Source: Acanthaster planci (lineage: Eukaryota). Taken from it: a stretch of 64,000 nt of DNA. Shown here piece by piece: positions 11,135-24,900 of this stretch. The DNA is taken from assembly GCF_001949145.1 (NCBI RefSeq), contig NW_019091355.1, positions 2,958,646-3,022,645 on the forward strand, in the 5' to 3' direction. The notes under the pieces are model-generated. The model made no database searches and was not told the origin of the DNA. It saw only the letters and a program-made list of their open reading frames with translations. Numbering within the stretch: the stretch's first letter is position 1; each line of letters opens with the position of its first letter. The position numbers and the translations under genes were made by a program.

Positions 11135-12802
11135 AAATATTATACAGACAGTCATTCTACATTGTCTCTCGTCATAAGTAAGTATTTTAACTATTCCACT
11201 TCTATTTGAAGTGAAATGGAGTGAGACACGGCGTGATACTTATGGTGCTAAACATAGGAGACAAAACAAACACAACTACAGAAACTTTAATACCAGTCCG
11301 CTGTTTTTACAGCCTGTCATGTTTAACACCAGTGCATCAAATGAGTAAATCACACTAAACCGTGCACGATATGGGGCCGAGGGGTAACCCCCCCCCCACA
11401 TGTCCGATCACTATACACACTCTAGACTGTTATTACCTACATGCAACACCCCCCCCAGAAGTCTGTAAAGAATTCCTGAGATTCCTATCACACAATGACA
11501 AAGACAAAGGGGGAATCAATCAAATCAATCAATCAAATGCACTTCACTGCCAAAAGATTTGCTGAAGAAAAATAAAGCACTGTCTGACACCCGACTCCAA
11601 GAGGTGAGTCAATACGACTTTGTACACACTGCCAAACACGAACTGATTATGGTGCATGTATTTTACACACTCCATAATCATTACATGGCACACAAATTTA
11701 GGTATTCAGTTGTCAAATTAAACACACAAAGCTACATTTTCATAATCTGTGCTGTGAAATAATAGTTAGTAATGGACAAACTATGATCTGTGTATACAAA
11801 AATAAATGATGTAACCATGCAGCTTGTGAACCATGATCTAATTATGCACAACGTTCCAAACAAAAACAATCATCAATCAATTAGTACACTTTCCGTATCG
11901 GTGAGCAAACAATTTTGTTTCAGATTCAAATAGAGTTTAATTCACGGATCGACTTGATTAGTTTGATGGTGAGAGTTGCTTGATTGACTGCCAAGATATT
12001 AACAAAAATTACTCAAAACTTCCATGGAGTGTTGAGAATAATTTGATCCACTAGCTGCAAGGTTTGCTACAATTTCAACTCGTGCAATTCATAAAATCCT
12101 TATATCTCCTGTAAATAGATTAAAGTCTTTCAGTCCTCATAAATATTCATGTATGGAATAATTGGCATCTTTTGAATATAAAATCTAACTTTGTTTTCCT
12201 TAGTGTGCCCGGAAACTCCCAAAACAATCTGAAATATAAGTGTGCAGAAGCAAAATGTTACATATTTAAGAAAGTAAGAGCAGAAATGCAGGAATTTTTT
12301 TTTTTTCATTTTTCTTTAAACAAAAGGATGCACTACACATGTACTCTCAATCACTCTCCCTTTCATCCAATGTTCCTAACACTTCTTAACAAACAGATTG
12401 CATCAACAGTTCAACAAAACATCACCACAGGTCACACAAACACATTACAGGTGCTCACAATATGTAACAGGTGCCATGATAACAATACTGTCAGATTTGT
12501 GCGTTAGTTTTTTATGAACCCTTGCTGGAGGAGGGTCCAACATTTTGGGGGAGTGAAATTAGACATAAACAGTGCTGGATGCTATCAGCTTTGCAGTCTG
12601 CCATTCATCAAGGTCATTTGAGTCGTCAGAGGGTAAATGTCAACCCGTTTTTTTTTTCCAGTAAATTGTTAAAAAACCTCCATGTCCGACCGTAATTTTA
12701 TCTTCTTGATATCAACAGCTTAATCTTGGTAGCCAATTTAGCGGCAGGGGCACTGTTAGAATTTTTACGTTCCAGGGCGACTTGTCATCATACGGCCTTA
12801 GC

Positions 12803-12937
12803 CTACGGTGTGCTGTACAGATTGGCAATCTCCTCCTTGAACTTTTCGGCTAACGTCATCCTCTTGTTCTTGAAGGTTGGCGTGAGGAGGTCGTTCTCCG
12901 TACTGAAGAGCTCCGCGTGGAGATGAATGGCTTTGAC
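12803..12937 (-). CDS. ACSL: ACSL coding exon 19 (stop)
   Basis: [44 protein letters not shown]. Confidence 0.93.
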   Translation of the reverse strand, partial: VKAIHLHAELFSTENDLLTPTFKNKRMTLAEKFKEEIANLYSTP

Positions 12938-15900
12938 CTGGGAGTACAGGGAGAGACCCGCAGTGGTGTAACTGGGGTACATTTGGCTAGGGTACTCCTG
13001 GGGGGTGCTTATTTTCCGGAAGGGGGCACCTGACGGTTTTGGTCAGAGTTGAAACACTGGTCAAGGCTGACTGCCACTACCTTTGCTATCCTCTGATTTC
13101 TGAGGGGTGATCATGGTTTACGATGTGCACCTCAGAAGGCAAGGCACCATGCTGTCCCTTGTTCTTACAATACCTGACTGGTCCCCACAAAATAAGTCTT
13201 GAGGTTACTTTCTTTTTGGTGATGTTTCAGTTTGCATTGTAAAGAGCAGACCGAGTTCTTAGCTTTTAATGTGTCACTCATTCTGTGATTCATTGGAAGG
13301 CCTTTCGCTCAAATATGGCATATTAGCAACTAACGATCCATTGTGCCAGGGTGGTCCACGTAAGGATGACGCCCTCTGAATACATCATTAATGTATGATG
13401 GAGGAGGGAGTAAATGGGAACAAGTCACAGGGTAATAAGCTTACCAATTCAAATCCCTTTAGACCAGCCTCCTTGCCATGACTGGCTATCTGATTCAAGA
13501 TGGCCGCTGTTACCTCCTGCATGTCAAACCGTTGAGGGAAAAAAAAAACCAGTTTGATCTGGACTTTCACAGGCAATGGAGACGAAAGCAAGATCTTTGT
13601 CAGAAACTTCATTTCATTCCTAAAAATTGCCATTGATACTTATAAATGTTGCACGAATTGCCACATTTACTTTACTCTGTCGGCAGTCATCGGGGCAGTC
13701 CGGGGAAGGCTAACAGGGACCATGGTGCCCCCCCCACCACAAACAGGCTCCTGTTTTTATATTTGAAAGACAATGATGGGCACATTTTTTGCATGAAGAG
13801 CTCCAAAATGTAGCCTCATGTGAAATGTGAAAATGTTTTAACATTTATTTCCACCACCAAATAACAATTTGTTCTCAATCTGCTTGTCTGTAATAATCTG
13901 CTCGAGCATTAACCATACCCTGCCGACAGGAGCCCGTTTTCTGGTACCTTGTGTTTGTACGCATAGGGTGCCCGAAATCGGATAGAAGAGCTTGGACCTT
14001 GTAACAAGAGACCATACTCCGAAACAAAAGACCGAGCTGCTGGGAATTGCCAACATTTTTTTCAGTTCTCAACAGAGAAGGAAATCTGTCATTGTTTTGA
14101 AAGATTATACCACTGTTTGTGGCATTCAGCATGAGCAGATTACCACCGGGGACAAAAGCACTCCAGCGCTCCAGTGATGAGCGATACAATACAGGCATAT
14201 AAATCCATGGAGCTCGAAACAGGGTTCCCCGGCAGCAAGTGGTTGACACAAATTTCAGATGCAAATCAACAGGTCTACTTGCCTTCAGTTCACATAGTTC
14301 CTTGAAGGATCCTCGCAGATTATTTCTGGCTGCATAGTGCTTGAGTTCCTCCTCATCCGGCACAATAATTCCCACAAGAAAGCTCTGGAATTGCCAAGCA
14401 GACAATGATCACGTGTTATAGAGGAAGCCCACATCCCTAGCTGTATTACTGCTCACGGAGCTACGGGCCAAGTATTCCTTTAGAAGAACCTTGGGCAATG
14501 CACAATGATGCCGACCCTCGACATCTGTCGCCCACATAATCTCCATGTTCGTCTGGATGCCTCTGATTGAGACCGCCACAAGATCAATACAAGACTTTCC
14601 AGTCTGAATTCAAGTCACAAGCTAGAGGGTGAGCAATGAAAAAGGAACGCTGAACTGCAACAAAAGCATTCTCTCGACTCTGTTCACCCCTTTACTTGTG
14701 ACTGGTCTTATGACTGGTCTTGTGACTTGTCTTGTGACTGGTCTCGCGATGGTACCGACGACACCACTGATGCCAAACTGAGTGTTACATCAAAGCAAAC
14801 AACTCAGTTATGACACAAAAGTGGCTCTGCCGACTTCACAGAGAGTCACAAATAACACAGAACAACTTTCTAGAAATGTGAAGGGAAAACAGCAATCCGT
14901 CAATTAATTTGCCCACCTGTAGGCTGTCTCCAAAAACAAACGCCTGGGCAACCAGGGGCAGCTGCGTGTAGATGCTCTCCAGTTTCTCCGGAGCGACGTA
15001 CTCTCCCTGGGACAACTTGAAGATGTGCTTCTTGCGATCAATAATCTTCAAAGTACCATTCTTACAAACAACAACAACAACAAACAACAGTCACCATCGA
15101 TATCATTCTGATGGAAACATGCACCATCCTCTCCTAAGATTCAGCTCAACCTTTTGTTATGGACGACCCCCTCCATCTTGGTTGATTGAATCTAACATGC
15201 TGCTGAATCTTACATGAACCAATGTACCCACTATTCAATTTATAATCCGCAAATCCACTCATTTGTTCACCGGCTTCAACTACGAGCTAACTTAAAAAAC
15301 GTTTAAATGCCTGTGTGGGCTGCTTTGCTCAGTCTTTCTGGTTTTGATGGTCTGGAGAAACTATCACAAAATGACAAACTACATCTATTCCACTACATCC
15401 GCTCACCAAGGTTCCACTGACCAAAATCTCGTGAGTGGACCCTGCATTCCTCAACTGGCCACTGTTGATTGATTAACCCCTTCACACCTGCAGACATCAA
15501 CATCTGCGGCTTTGTGTAAGGATTAGTGCATACCACACATACATTCTATTCATCATGCACCTGCGGTTTCAATGTGGGCCTGCTGCTGGACAGGGCTTTG
15601 TATACTGGGCTTACTGCAGCCCAGCAGTCGCGGTCAAAAGAATCCCGATGTCAAGGGGTTAAGCTACCGGTATAAGCAACACTATCCACTAATTGATCAA
15701 CTACTATCCACAGTATCCACTCATGTACTGGGCTTACTGACCAAACTCTCCTGAGTGGACCCTGAATTTCTCAACTGGCCACTGTGGGTTGAATTAAGCT
15801 ACTAATATAAACAATACAATCCACTAATTGATCAACTACTATCCACAGAATCCACTCACCAGGTTCCACTGACCAATATCCCCTGAATGGAGCCAGCCAT

Positions 15901-18900
15901 CCTCGTCGATGGCTTCGCTCGTCCTCTCTGGCATCTTCAGGTAGCCTTTGAATACGATTGGCCCTTTGAAGCAGACCTGTGTTTGAAGTACAACACAAAA
16001 TCTTTCGACAAACGGTTGCAGCGTACAAATTGATATGCAAAAGATACTTGGTCATGCTGACTTTTTTTTCACGAGTCCTATTGAGGATGGCTACAGGAAA
16101 AAATCTCTCATAACTCAATTGTGACCCACTGACTTGTGACCCAGGTGACATCCCATGAGGCAGTGCTGGGGAGCTCCACCTACAAGTTCGTGATTACCTC
16201 GCCCTTATCGTCAGCGGCAAAATAGTCCATCTCGGGCACATCCACCAGCTTGATCATGCAAGAGGGGATGGGTGCACCCACATGGCCGGTGGACATGTCG
16301 GCAAGGGCCGTCAGGGTGGCACAGGCCGTGCATTCCGTCTGACCGTAACCTTCTGACACCTGTCGGGAGAGAATTGCCATGAACAATTGACTTTCGTGCT
16401 TCGGCTTCGAAAACTCAGTCAACACCCTACAGAGGGTTATCAACACACAGGTGTAGTGCTGACCAGCAAGAGCATTTAGTCGAGAGGGTAAACGCAGCTT
16501 AGGAGGTCCTTCATGTGGGAAGACCGATAAGGGATAACGGGTCAGACTGGAAAGTGCTGACAGCAGAGACTTCCTGTATGGAGTGTGGAAGAAAGTTCAA
16601 CTGTAGGATTGTACGTGGGATGACAGAACATTTGCAGTCCTTTTTTTGGTGTGGAGCGGAGTGGAATGAATGTGGAGTGTGACATGCAGCTCCTAGTTGA
16701 CGTTTATCATGTTCGAAAGCTACCAAGCCATTTACGACCCGGTAGAGGAACGTTAACCTACAGACTCCCTGGCGTTCTTCTAGAGTTAACCAGTCCAGGC
16801 TGATTGAGTCCAATCCACTTCCTGTTGTTTGAGGGCATGAAATGGTTTTTTGAATGGTCGCAATTGGAACGGTGCCGATTCGTAATCATAATATATGACT
16901 GTTTATGCTTTCCAGAAAGTGAGCAATTTATCTTATTTCCCGATTTATCTGCTGATACAAACCATAGACTGTACGCTTGTGAACTTTGATTCACTCACCA
17001 GACAACCAAAGACCACCCTCAAGAATGTGATGACGTCGGTAGAGAGAGGGGCACTGCCGGTGATGATCCACCTCACCCGACCTCCTAGCAGACCCTGAGC
17101 AAGGAGAGACAAAAATGCCATGAACATCAGTTCAACATTTCATCAAAGATGTGCAAAACATCTCTGCACTGGAAGTGTTTGGCAGCAGCATCAACAGCTG
17201 CCGAACAAAGTGACCACGTTGAGACAACAGGAGCTAGTCCCACTCAACAATGAGCCTGTTTGCTTCACACGGATCCGGATCGTGATCAGTTGTCCAAGAA
17301 CTGGTTCAGGCTATCCATTAGGCGGGTTCTGGTGTCAGTGAACCAGCGACAGATCACCCATCCCAATCCGGATCCACGTGAAACAAACTGGCCCAAAACC
17401 ACTGTTGCATCCTGTGGTGACTGGCGACCACAGACTCTGAGGCACTTTGGGCTTTGGGGGGAGTTGACCCGTTGGATCTTGTTACACTGGGCAGGCAAGC
17501 CACTTGAACAAATGATGCAGGATGACGTGTCTGGCAGGGTTTCTAGCCAAAGTAAGATGCAGGGTTAGGGGTAAAATACTTCTGGACAAAGCTACGACGC
17601 ACGTGTTTCTTATGACGAAATGCTGTACACGAAATTGACCATCATTCCATTCACGTGTTTAAGTGCAAACACCATCCCATGACAAGCTCTCCACAAATCT
17701 TCACAAGGAATTGAAAACAAGACAAAAAATAACCCACCTGGACTTTTCTGAATACAATCTTGTCCCAGATGGAGTCATTCCGCACAATACCCCTAGAGAC
17801 AAAAAAAGCACAGACGATGTTTCTCACAACAGTTTTACCATAAGCAAGATAGCAAAAAATAGCAAATGTCATGTGACTAGCTCTGGTCCAATCAAGATAC
17901 AGTATCTGCAGTTGCGGTGTTAACCCCTTGACGCTGGTAGACGGCTACAGCCGCAGCTCTGCGTGAGTAGTGCATACCACACATACATTCTATTCATCAT
18001 GCACCTGCTGGTTTAATGGGGCCTGCTGCTGGACAGAGCTTTGCATATTGGGCATACCGCAGCCAAGCAGTCACGGTCAAACGAATCCCGGCATTAAGGG
18101 GTTAAAAGTGAGTCGTACTTCTCTACTTCGGCTTTCTTTTTGCTGAATGCCAAGTTAAACAGAGTCCTCTTGATCCAACCAGCGCTGTTTACTGATGTCA
18201 TCACCTGAAAATCAATGGAAACGGCAACAACAGACATGGTGAGTATTGCTTGAAAATATACGCACAGCAAAGATATCACGGCATGGTAAATGCGCACACC
18301 TTTTGGGGGGGGATTGGGAATACTTGTACCCACACAAAATACATCCCTTTCACATTTCTAGCCAGATTTTCAGAAAATTTCAATTATTAACAAACAGGTC
18401 ATGATGCTTGTTCACTAAGTTGCCCGGGTGAATTTTTTTTTTGGGGGGGGGGTTTGCTGCACAAAAATTAGGCCACTGCTCAATTTGCATCCCAGGGATT
18501 TCACAGTGGACTTGAAGAATCAGCCGGCGCAACACGCCTTGGAATGTCTCCATTGTCAGTGTGTGTAATACCCTGTCGTATATCCTGTTCAGGAGACGTG
18601 GCACCGATGGGAATACAGTCGGCCGCAGGGCCTGGACGTCGTCCAGCAGCTTCTTTATGTCACCTTGGAAGAAACCAATCCTGGCCCCGCGTTGTAAAAG
18701 GATGTACTGCAATCAAATCAGCAAGCACAAAAATCAGCTAATCCCCTCTATGTCAAACAATGTCAGGGTTTAACAGTGGAGATCCCCTTATGGATGTCAA
18801 AAGACCCCTTAAGACCATCACAGACCATCACAGACCCAAATAACCATTGCAAGACCAACACAGGACCTCCAGTCTGAATTCAAGTCACAAGCTACTGGTA

Positions 18901-21900
18901 TTCAAATGAACTGCAGCAAAAGCATTCATCTCTCCATCTGACTGGTCTTCAGAGGAGTCTTGTAACAATCTCCACTACAACAATGCCTCTCGCAAATAAT
19001 ACTAGCCGACAGAAAATATTCATAACATTTGTGTGCTGTGACCAATACACTTGGATTTCTCATAAAATATCCAGAGGGAAAACTCTAACCGTTTTCCCCC
19101 AAGAAGTCCTCTTTATGCTTTATAATACTTTTATATTACCGTATTTGAACAATGGGATCTTGGCACGGGGAAATTGTGCTACTGGTCATATCAAAAGAAC
19201 ACTCAATTAACAAAAGAGAGCGTTGAGGGTTATTAATTCTTTTAGCAAGTTCCAACATTCAAATCCGCTTTTCTGTAAACGTAAAACTGTAAAGATCAAT
19301 GATATTTACTCTCTTCAGCTTGGAGCCTTCATGCACCGTTTAAATAATAACACACTTCCAAATCCAATAAAACAGATGTTTTCTCGAAATGAAAACATTC
19401 ATCACTAGTTTATCCGGCAGAGTAAAGAATGTCATAGTTCCTTTGCACGGATTGCGGCATTCCACAAGACAGTCCGACATGAAGGCCCCAAGCTCTGGAA
19501 TTCCTTACATAACTCATTGACCAGCATCCGCAGTCTTTCTCTGTTAAAATTTAAGCTGAAGACCTTATTTCTATCCAACTCTTCCAGCTCTGAGTAATTA
19601 CTCTAATGGGCTACCACTGTACAATTATTCATTCCTGTCATCCTGGATATACTGGCATTTAAGTGTCATTTTGTATGTTATTGTTACTTGTCAATGTCAT
19701 AATTTAGCTAACTCTAACGTCTTTAGTTCAAGGGGATTCTATTTGACAAGCCTTGCTTCTTGGGGATCTCCTTCCACATCGTATCTCATGAACATGTATC
19801 TTGTATTTGTCTGACAATCTTGCCGGTTCCAATTCAGTTTAAGGGACATTGATGATGTAAAGATGTAATGTCAATATTCATGTCTACATTGACATCAGTG
19901 TTATCCGATGAGGAAAAAATAACGAACGAGTGAACCTTACAAGCCTTTCATACTTCTCTGCTTAATACAGATCCAGAGTAGTCAAATATACAGGTTTTTT
20001 TTAAACCATTCTCATAAAAGGCCACCATTCTCAAATTTATAGTGCACTCTCAACAAACCACATGCTAGTTTCCCAATGGATTCTGATACCTTAACATGCT
20101 GACTGCTGCCCATAATTTCACAGGGCTTTCCCATTTGCCAGATGTTGTACACATGCACATTACGACTGCCTTTCATTCCCTACGAATATACTTGCAGCGG
20201 CAGATTCTGGTACACCTGTCACAACAATTTACTTGAAGTCGGCAGTTAATGTGTTAAAATAATGCAACAATTCAAACTGCTCACCATCACAAGACGCTCG
20301 TATTGATGGGCCAAGGGTAGGTACGACAGGTGAATGTCGTCTTTGGACATCCAGTAATCATTCTGTGAATAAAAACAAACAACAAAATCATAAAAGAAAA
20401 GCTTATTCAAGGAGATTTTACAATGGACCTGAATTGACCTCCCTTTCAAACTGCTTCAAGTATGAAGAAAATGAAAATCTTACATTTCGCCTGATGTGTA
20501 CTCACAAACACTGCAGGGTCAGCATTCTTGGAGGCTAGCAAAATAATTCACCAGCTTACTAGGGATGACCTCGAACCCAAGACCTTCTGCTTACACTATG
20601 ACTTCTCACCACTCCACCACCACCGCGAGTCAAAAGAGCAGCCGACACAGTGCAAAATATTTTCCTACACATTCATATTTTCGAGCACGGCAGAAGGTCT
20701 TTATCGTGGGGCAGAAAAATGCTGTTAAACAAAGAGCTTACTGACCCCTACGTACACCTGCAGTCCCTTGCTGTCGTTTAGGAAGTTGTCGTGCGTCATA
20801 CGTGCTCCTTTTGGAATGCCTGACAAGTACAACAAAAACTTTACTGAGTCACTGGTAAAAACGGATTATAGAGAACATGATTGGAGTGCTCTTTGAACAA
20901 ATATGCATGAAGCCAATAGATCACATTACATTTGCCCTGGAGCATAGCTGTAAATGGGTCATAGGTCTGTGAACAATGTCACAAGCTACTCAAATTGACT
21001 GAGGAAGAGGCATTTCCAAGCAACATTTTTATCCAGTTTCCAGCCCTATGATCTCGCAACGGACTTGTGACCTACTCAATAAAATCTGGTGCACTGACTT
21101 CTTCAAATTCATGTGAATGTAACAATTTGAATTCTCCATACTAAAGACACTGTTGCTACACCTTGTGATTGGGAACAAGCTTACTTTAGAGACACCTTGC
21201 GCAATGCTCTGTCTTCAATGGATAAGAGCCAGTCCATTCCAGAGATGGTGGAGGCTATGCAAAAGCTTGCCCCGAATCATGAAGTATAGCAACAACATCT
21301 TTAGTCTGGGGAATTCAAATCCTTATGTTTATGTGCAATCAGATAACTCAGTGTACCAGATTTTATACCAATTTAAATAGCAAAAGATTTATACCTCCAC
21401 TCTACTGTATAACAAAGGCTCATTTGTTTTTGTTTGCGAGGCGCACTCAAAAATCTGGAAACAAAGTGGTACTTGTACCTGCACTCCCTTTGTATCACTC
21501 AAATGCATTCTTGTCAAAGTCTGACTATTTTTCTTTTAATCTAATCTTATTTGGTTTAAATTCCAACTTGAAAATAGAAACTGCCTTCTGAGCGCCGTGT
21601 TTTTTTTTCACCTATCCTGACCTCAACAATCAATTGCCAATGCCAGAACAATTTTGGCGTCAAGTACCTGTCGTGCCACTGGTAAAACAAATGGAAACAA
21701 CATCGTCCTTCTTTGGGACCTGTGTGGATAAAAATAAACATGACATCACTCTCAACTGCACAGAAGAACATTTTGATCTTCCCAAATTTTGCACAAATGG
21801 GGACTTTTTCCTGGTTACTGAGTTTACCCAATTTTGTAAACATGGCTATTACTATCGAACCTCGTTAATAATAAGTCATTCAGACTTGGCAGATTATCTT

Positions 21901-24900
21901 GTATTAATAGGAACCTTGCATATCAGGAATGAAAACAATGAAGAACAAACGACATGTAAAGATTTCCTTGTTCGAAGCAAAATCTTGTATTAACAATGTT
22001 CACATGCACAAGGTTCAACTGTATCTGCTTTTGGACCGTAACTTTTCATTTCCTGATGACAATATCCTCAAAATAACATCTGTACGATAAGGGCTCCAAC
22101 CAAATAATCAGGCACGCAACTTGGACTGTAACAAAAGACGAGGAAATTTCCAATCTTCACGAGACTTTGTACTAGGTGGTTTTTTTTTCAATTTTCAATG
22201 GCACGAGTGAGAGATGAAAAACGAGGAAATTGACTCAACTGAGGGAAAAGAGTTGTGTTCCTGTAAAAGGTGAAAAACAAAGAATCATCGAGCCAAAGCT
22301 GCCAAACATACCACAGGCTCTTGACGGTTGTTGGTGCCAATCTCTAGCATGTCTCGGTACAGGACCAGCTCGATGCCACGTGCCTCCAACGCCTCCTGCT
22401 TGTCCTCCGGGACAGGCCCCTCGAAGATCACCACCAGTTTGACTGCTGAGCCCTCCCCGAGAATGTCCAGCAGGATGTCCAACTTGGGGGCCTTGTCAAT
22501 GAATATGGCCCGCATTTCCGCTGTCGGAGAACAAACGGGCTTTAACTGTCAGCTGCAAAATCTACAGATGCAAAAACAGCTGCTGGAGAACAGAATAAAC
22601 TTGACATTGAAATCAGGTTATGGTTACTTTATCACTCTTAAAACGAAGCAGGTTTTTGAAAGACAGAAAACAGTTTGGGAGAAGACATATCTTGAAATTG
22701 ACTTCAGCTGTGGTCATTTCAGCATTAATAAGCCACATCAGTGAAGGCTGTAGGTTTATACATGTACACTTTCAACAAAACAGGTTTGACCTTGTTTTCC
22801 ATGACAACATCTGTTTGCCGATACATGTATCTAGTGATAAGATTGAAGTAAAGCAGCAGCTTTACTTTAGCAAAAAAGAGAGTCTTGTGTTTATAGCACG
22901 GGTTAGTTACCCCAAGATGTCTGACTTATTTGTTCGAGACAAGTCCTGAATTGTTTTTTTTTTTTACAAGTGAAGTCACAAGTCACCGTTTTCCAAAGTC
23001 AAGTCTCAAGTCGAAAAACTGTAACTTAAACAAGTCTTTCTGGTCAACAGCTGTGGCATCCAGACTCACTGAGGTTGATAATGTGCTTGCAGGCTTCGAT
23101 GCCAAGTGTGTCGTACAACGCCACGGCAACCATGGAGTAGGACATACAGGCATGGTCCATGATAATCCACTGCAAGGACAAAAGGAAAAAAATGGACGAC
23201 ATCCTCTTAAGTTCTGGCCCAAGAGATACCAAGGGGTGACCTATAAAAATATCCCAGAAAATATGGCCAGTTTTGCGGCACGTGGTCACAACTTACCTCC
23301 GGCCTGTTCTGTGAATAGACACCGATGTTTGTGCCATTGCCCGGTGGACACCCCTTCTTTATGAGGGCAGAGCCGAGTTGGAATGCCATTTCTTTCACCT
23401 GCAAATGATGAACAATCAACATTTCTCTTATATGTGCCCCAAATTTCTCCATCATCAGAAGGCGTTCTACAGGTAAGTTCCTAATTTGGGGAGAGGGTAT
23501 CAAAATTGGAGTGGATGTAAATATTACGGGCATCACTAAATGCTTGGTAAATCTTAAACATTCATTCAGTCAATAGAGTATTCTAAGATCAGTCAGCTGG
23601 TGCTTTATCAACCATTTGCGACTAGCCATGTGACACGCTCTTGACCAATAGGAATGGCTAAACAGGTATTCATGAATAATGGTTTCAATACACCAGATTC
23701 TGACAACTTCTGACTTCTCAAATTCAATTAACACTGATCTGTGCCTGGTGGCCCTCTCCTAACCCTTGTTATCACCCACCCCCCCCCAAAATATATCCCT
23801 CTGTAAGTTCTATGCATGTTCTTTGGCCTATGCCTGTAACCCCAAAACACAGAAACAATGGGGTATGTTTTCACAGTACTAAACCAAAACCATTGGTTCA
23901 TTTTTTCTCCCGACGGTGACTGTGTTCAGAGATTTGACTAACGCATCATCGTGCCTACTTCTTGCCCGATTAAAAGTGCCAAAGAGTCCAACTGACAAGA
24001 AACCACCGAACCAACTTTTCGGCCGTGGCCACAAGAGCACCTTCCCCTGCCCTTGTGTGTTTGCATTTCTCTTCACCTGGCTGTAGGTCAGCCACTGGAA
24101 AGGTTCGTCTGAACTGTCTCTCCATCCAAGGCACGGCCCGTCCCCTGAAGAAGCCACAACAAAGACACGGCACTGCCAATGCATGAGGTCAATTCCAGAA
24201 ATTAGGTACATGTAATTTGCATTAATTCATCACTCTTGGAAATTAGAAAATGTGTTCTGGACTTACAAAATCACATGTCAGATAAGACAGACACACACAC
24301 ACACAAAATGGACGCCTAATTTCTGGAATTACCCATGTATGTACATGTGTGTGTGTGTTTATATGCTGTGATTGTGGGCCTACTCCAGTGCAACAGGTAC
24401 ACAGCTGTTCCACTTTGGAAGTTTTATGTGCCTAAATTGTGCCTGTAGCTACCACTCGGCAAAGAAATAAAATTGACAATAAAAATTAAAAAGTAAATGG
24501 AAACAAAACCCCCCAAAAAATCATTACAGAACTGCTATAAAACTATGTGTGCTTCCAAGTAGTCCTTGTGAACATGAACATATGCTCGTTTAAAAATATT
24601 TTGTCTCTTTTCCTGATGCAAAATGCCAGTACTATGTGGCTGGGCCTTACCTCTCGGCAAAGAGATAAAATAGACACAAACAATTTTTTAAAAATTGAAA
24701 TCCCGATAAAAATCTTTCCGGAACTGCTATAAGAGTGTGTGTGGTTCTGTTCATCATTCCTCGTCATTATGAACACCATACGTCTATTTTTTTTGTTACT
24801 TTGTCTCTTTTCCCGATGCAATACGCCGGATCTATGATCCCATCCGTAACTCACAAAAAGGGCAGAAATTCTGCAAATTCAGAGCTCTCGACAAACTTAA

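Noticed and set aside
13875..14405. 176-aa ORF extending ACSL exon 17
   Set aside because: Homology stops at ELCELK, where a GC donor lies; the rest is intron read-through.
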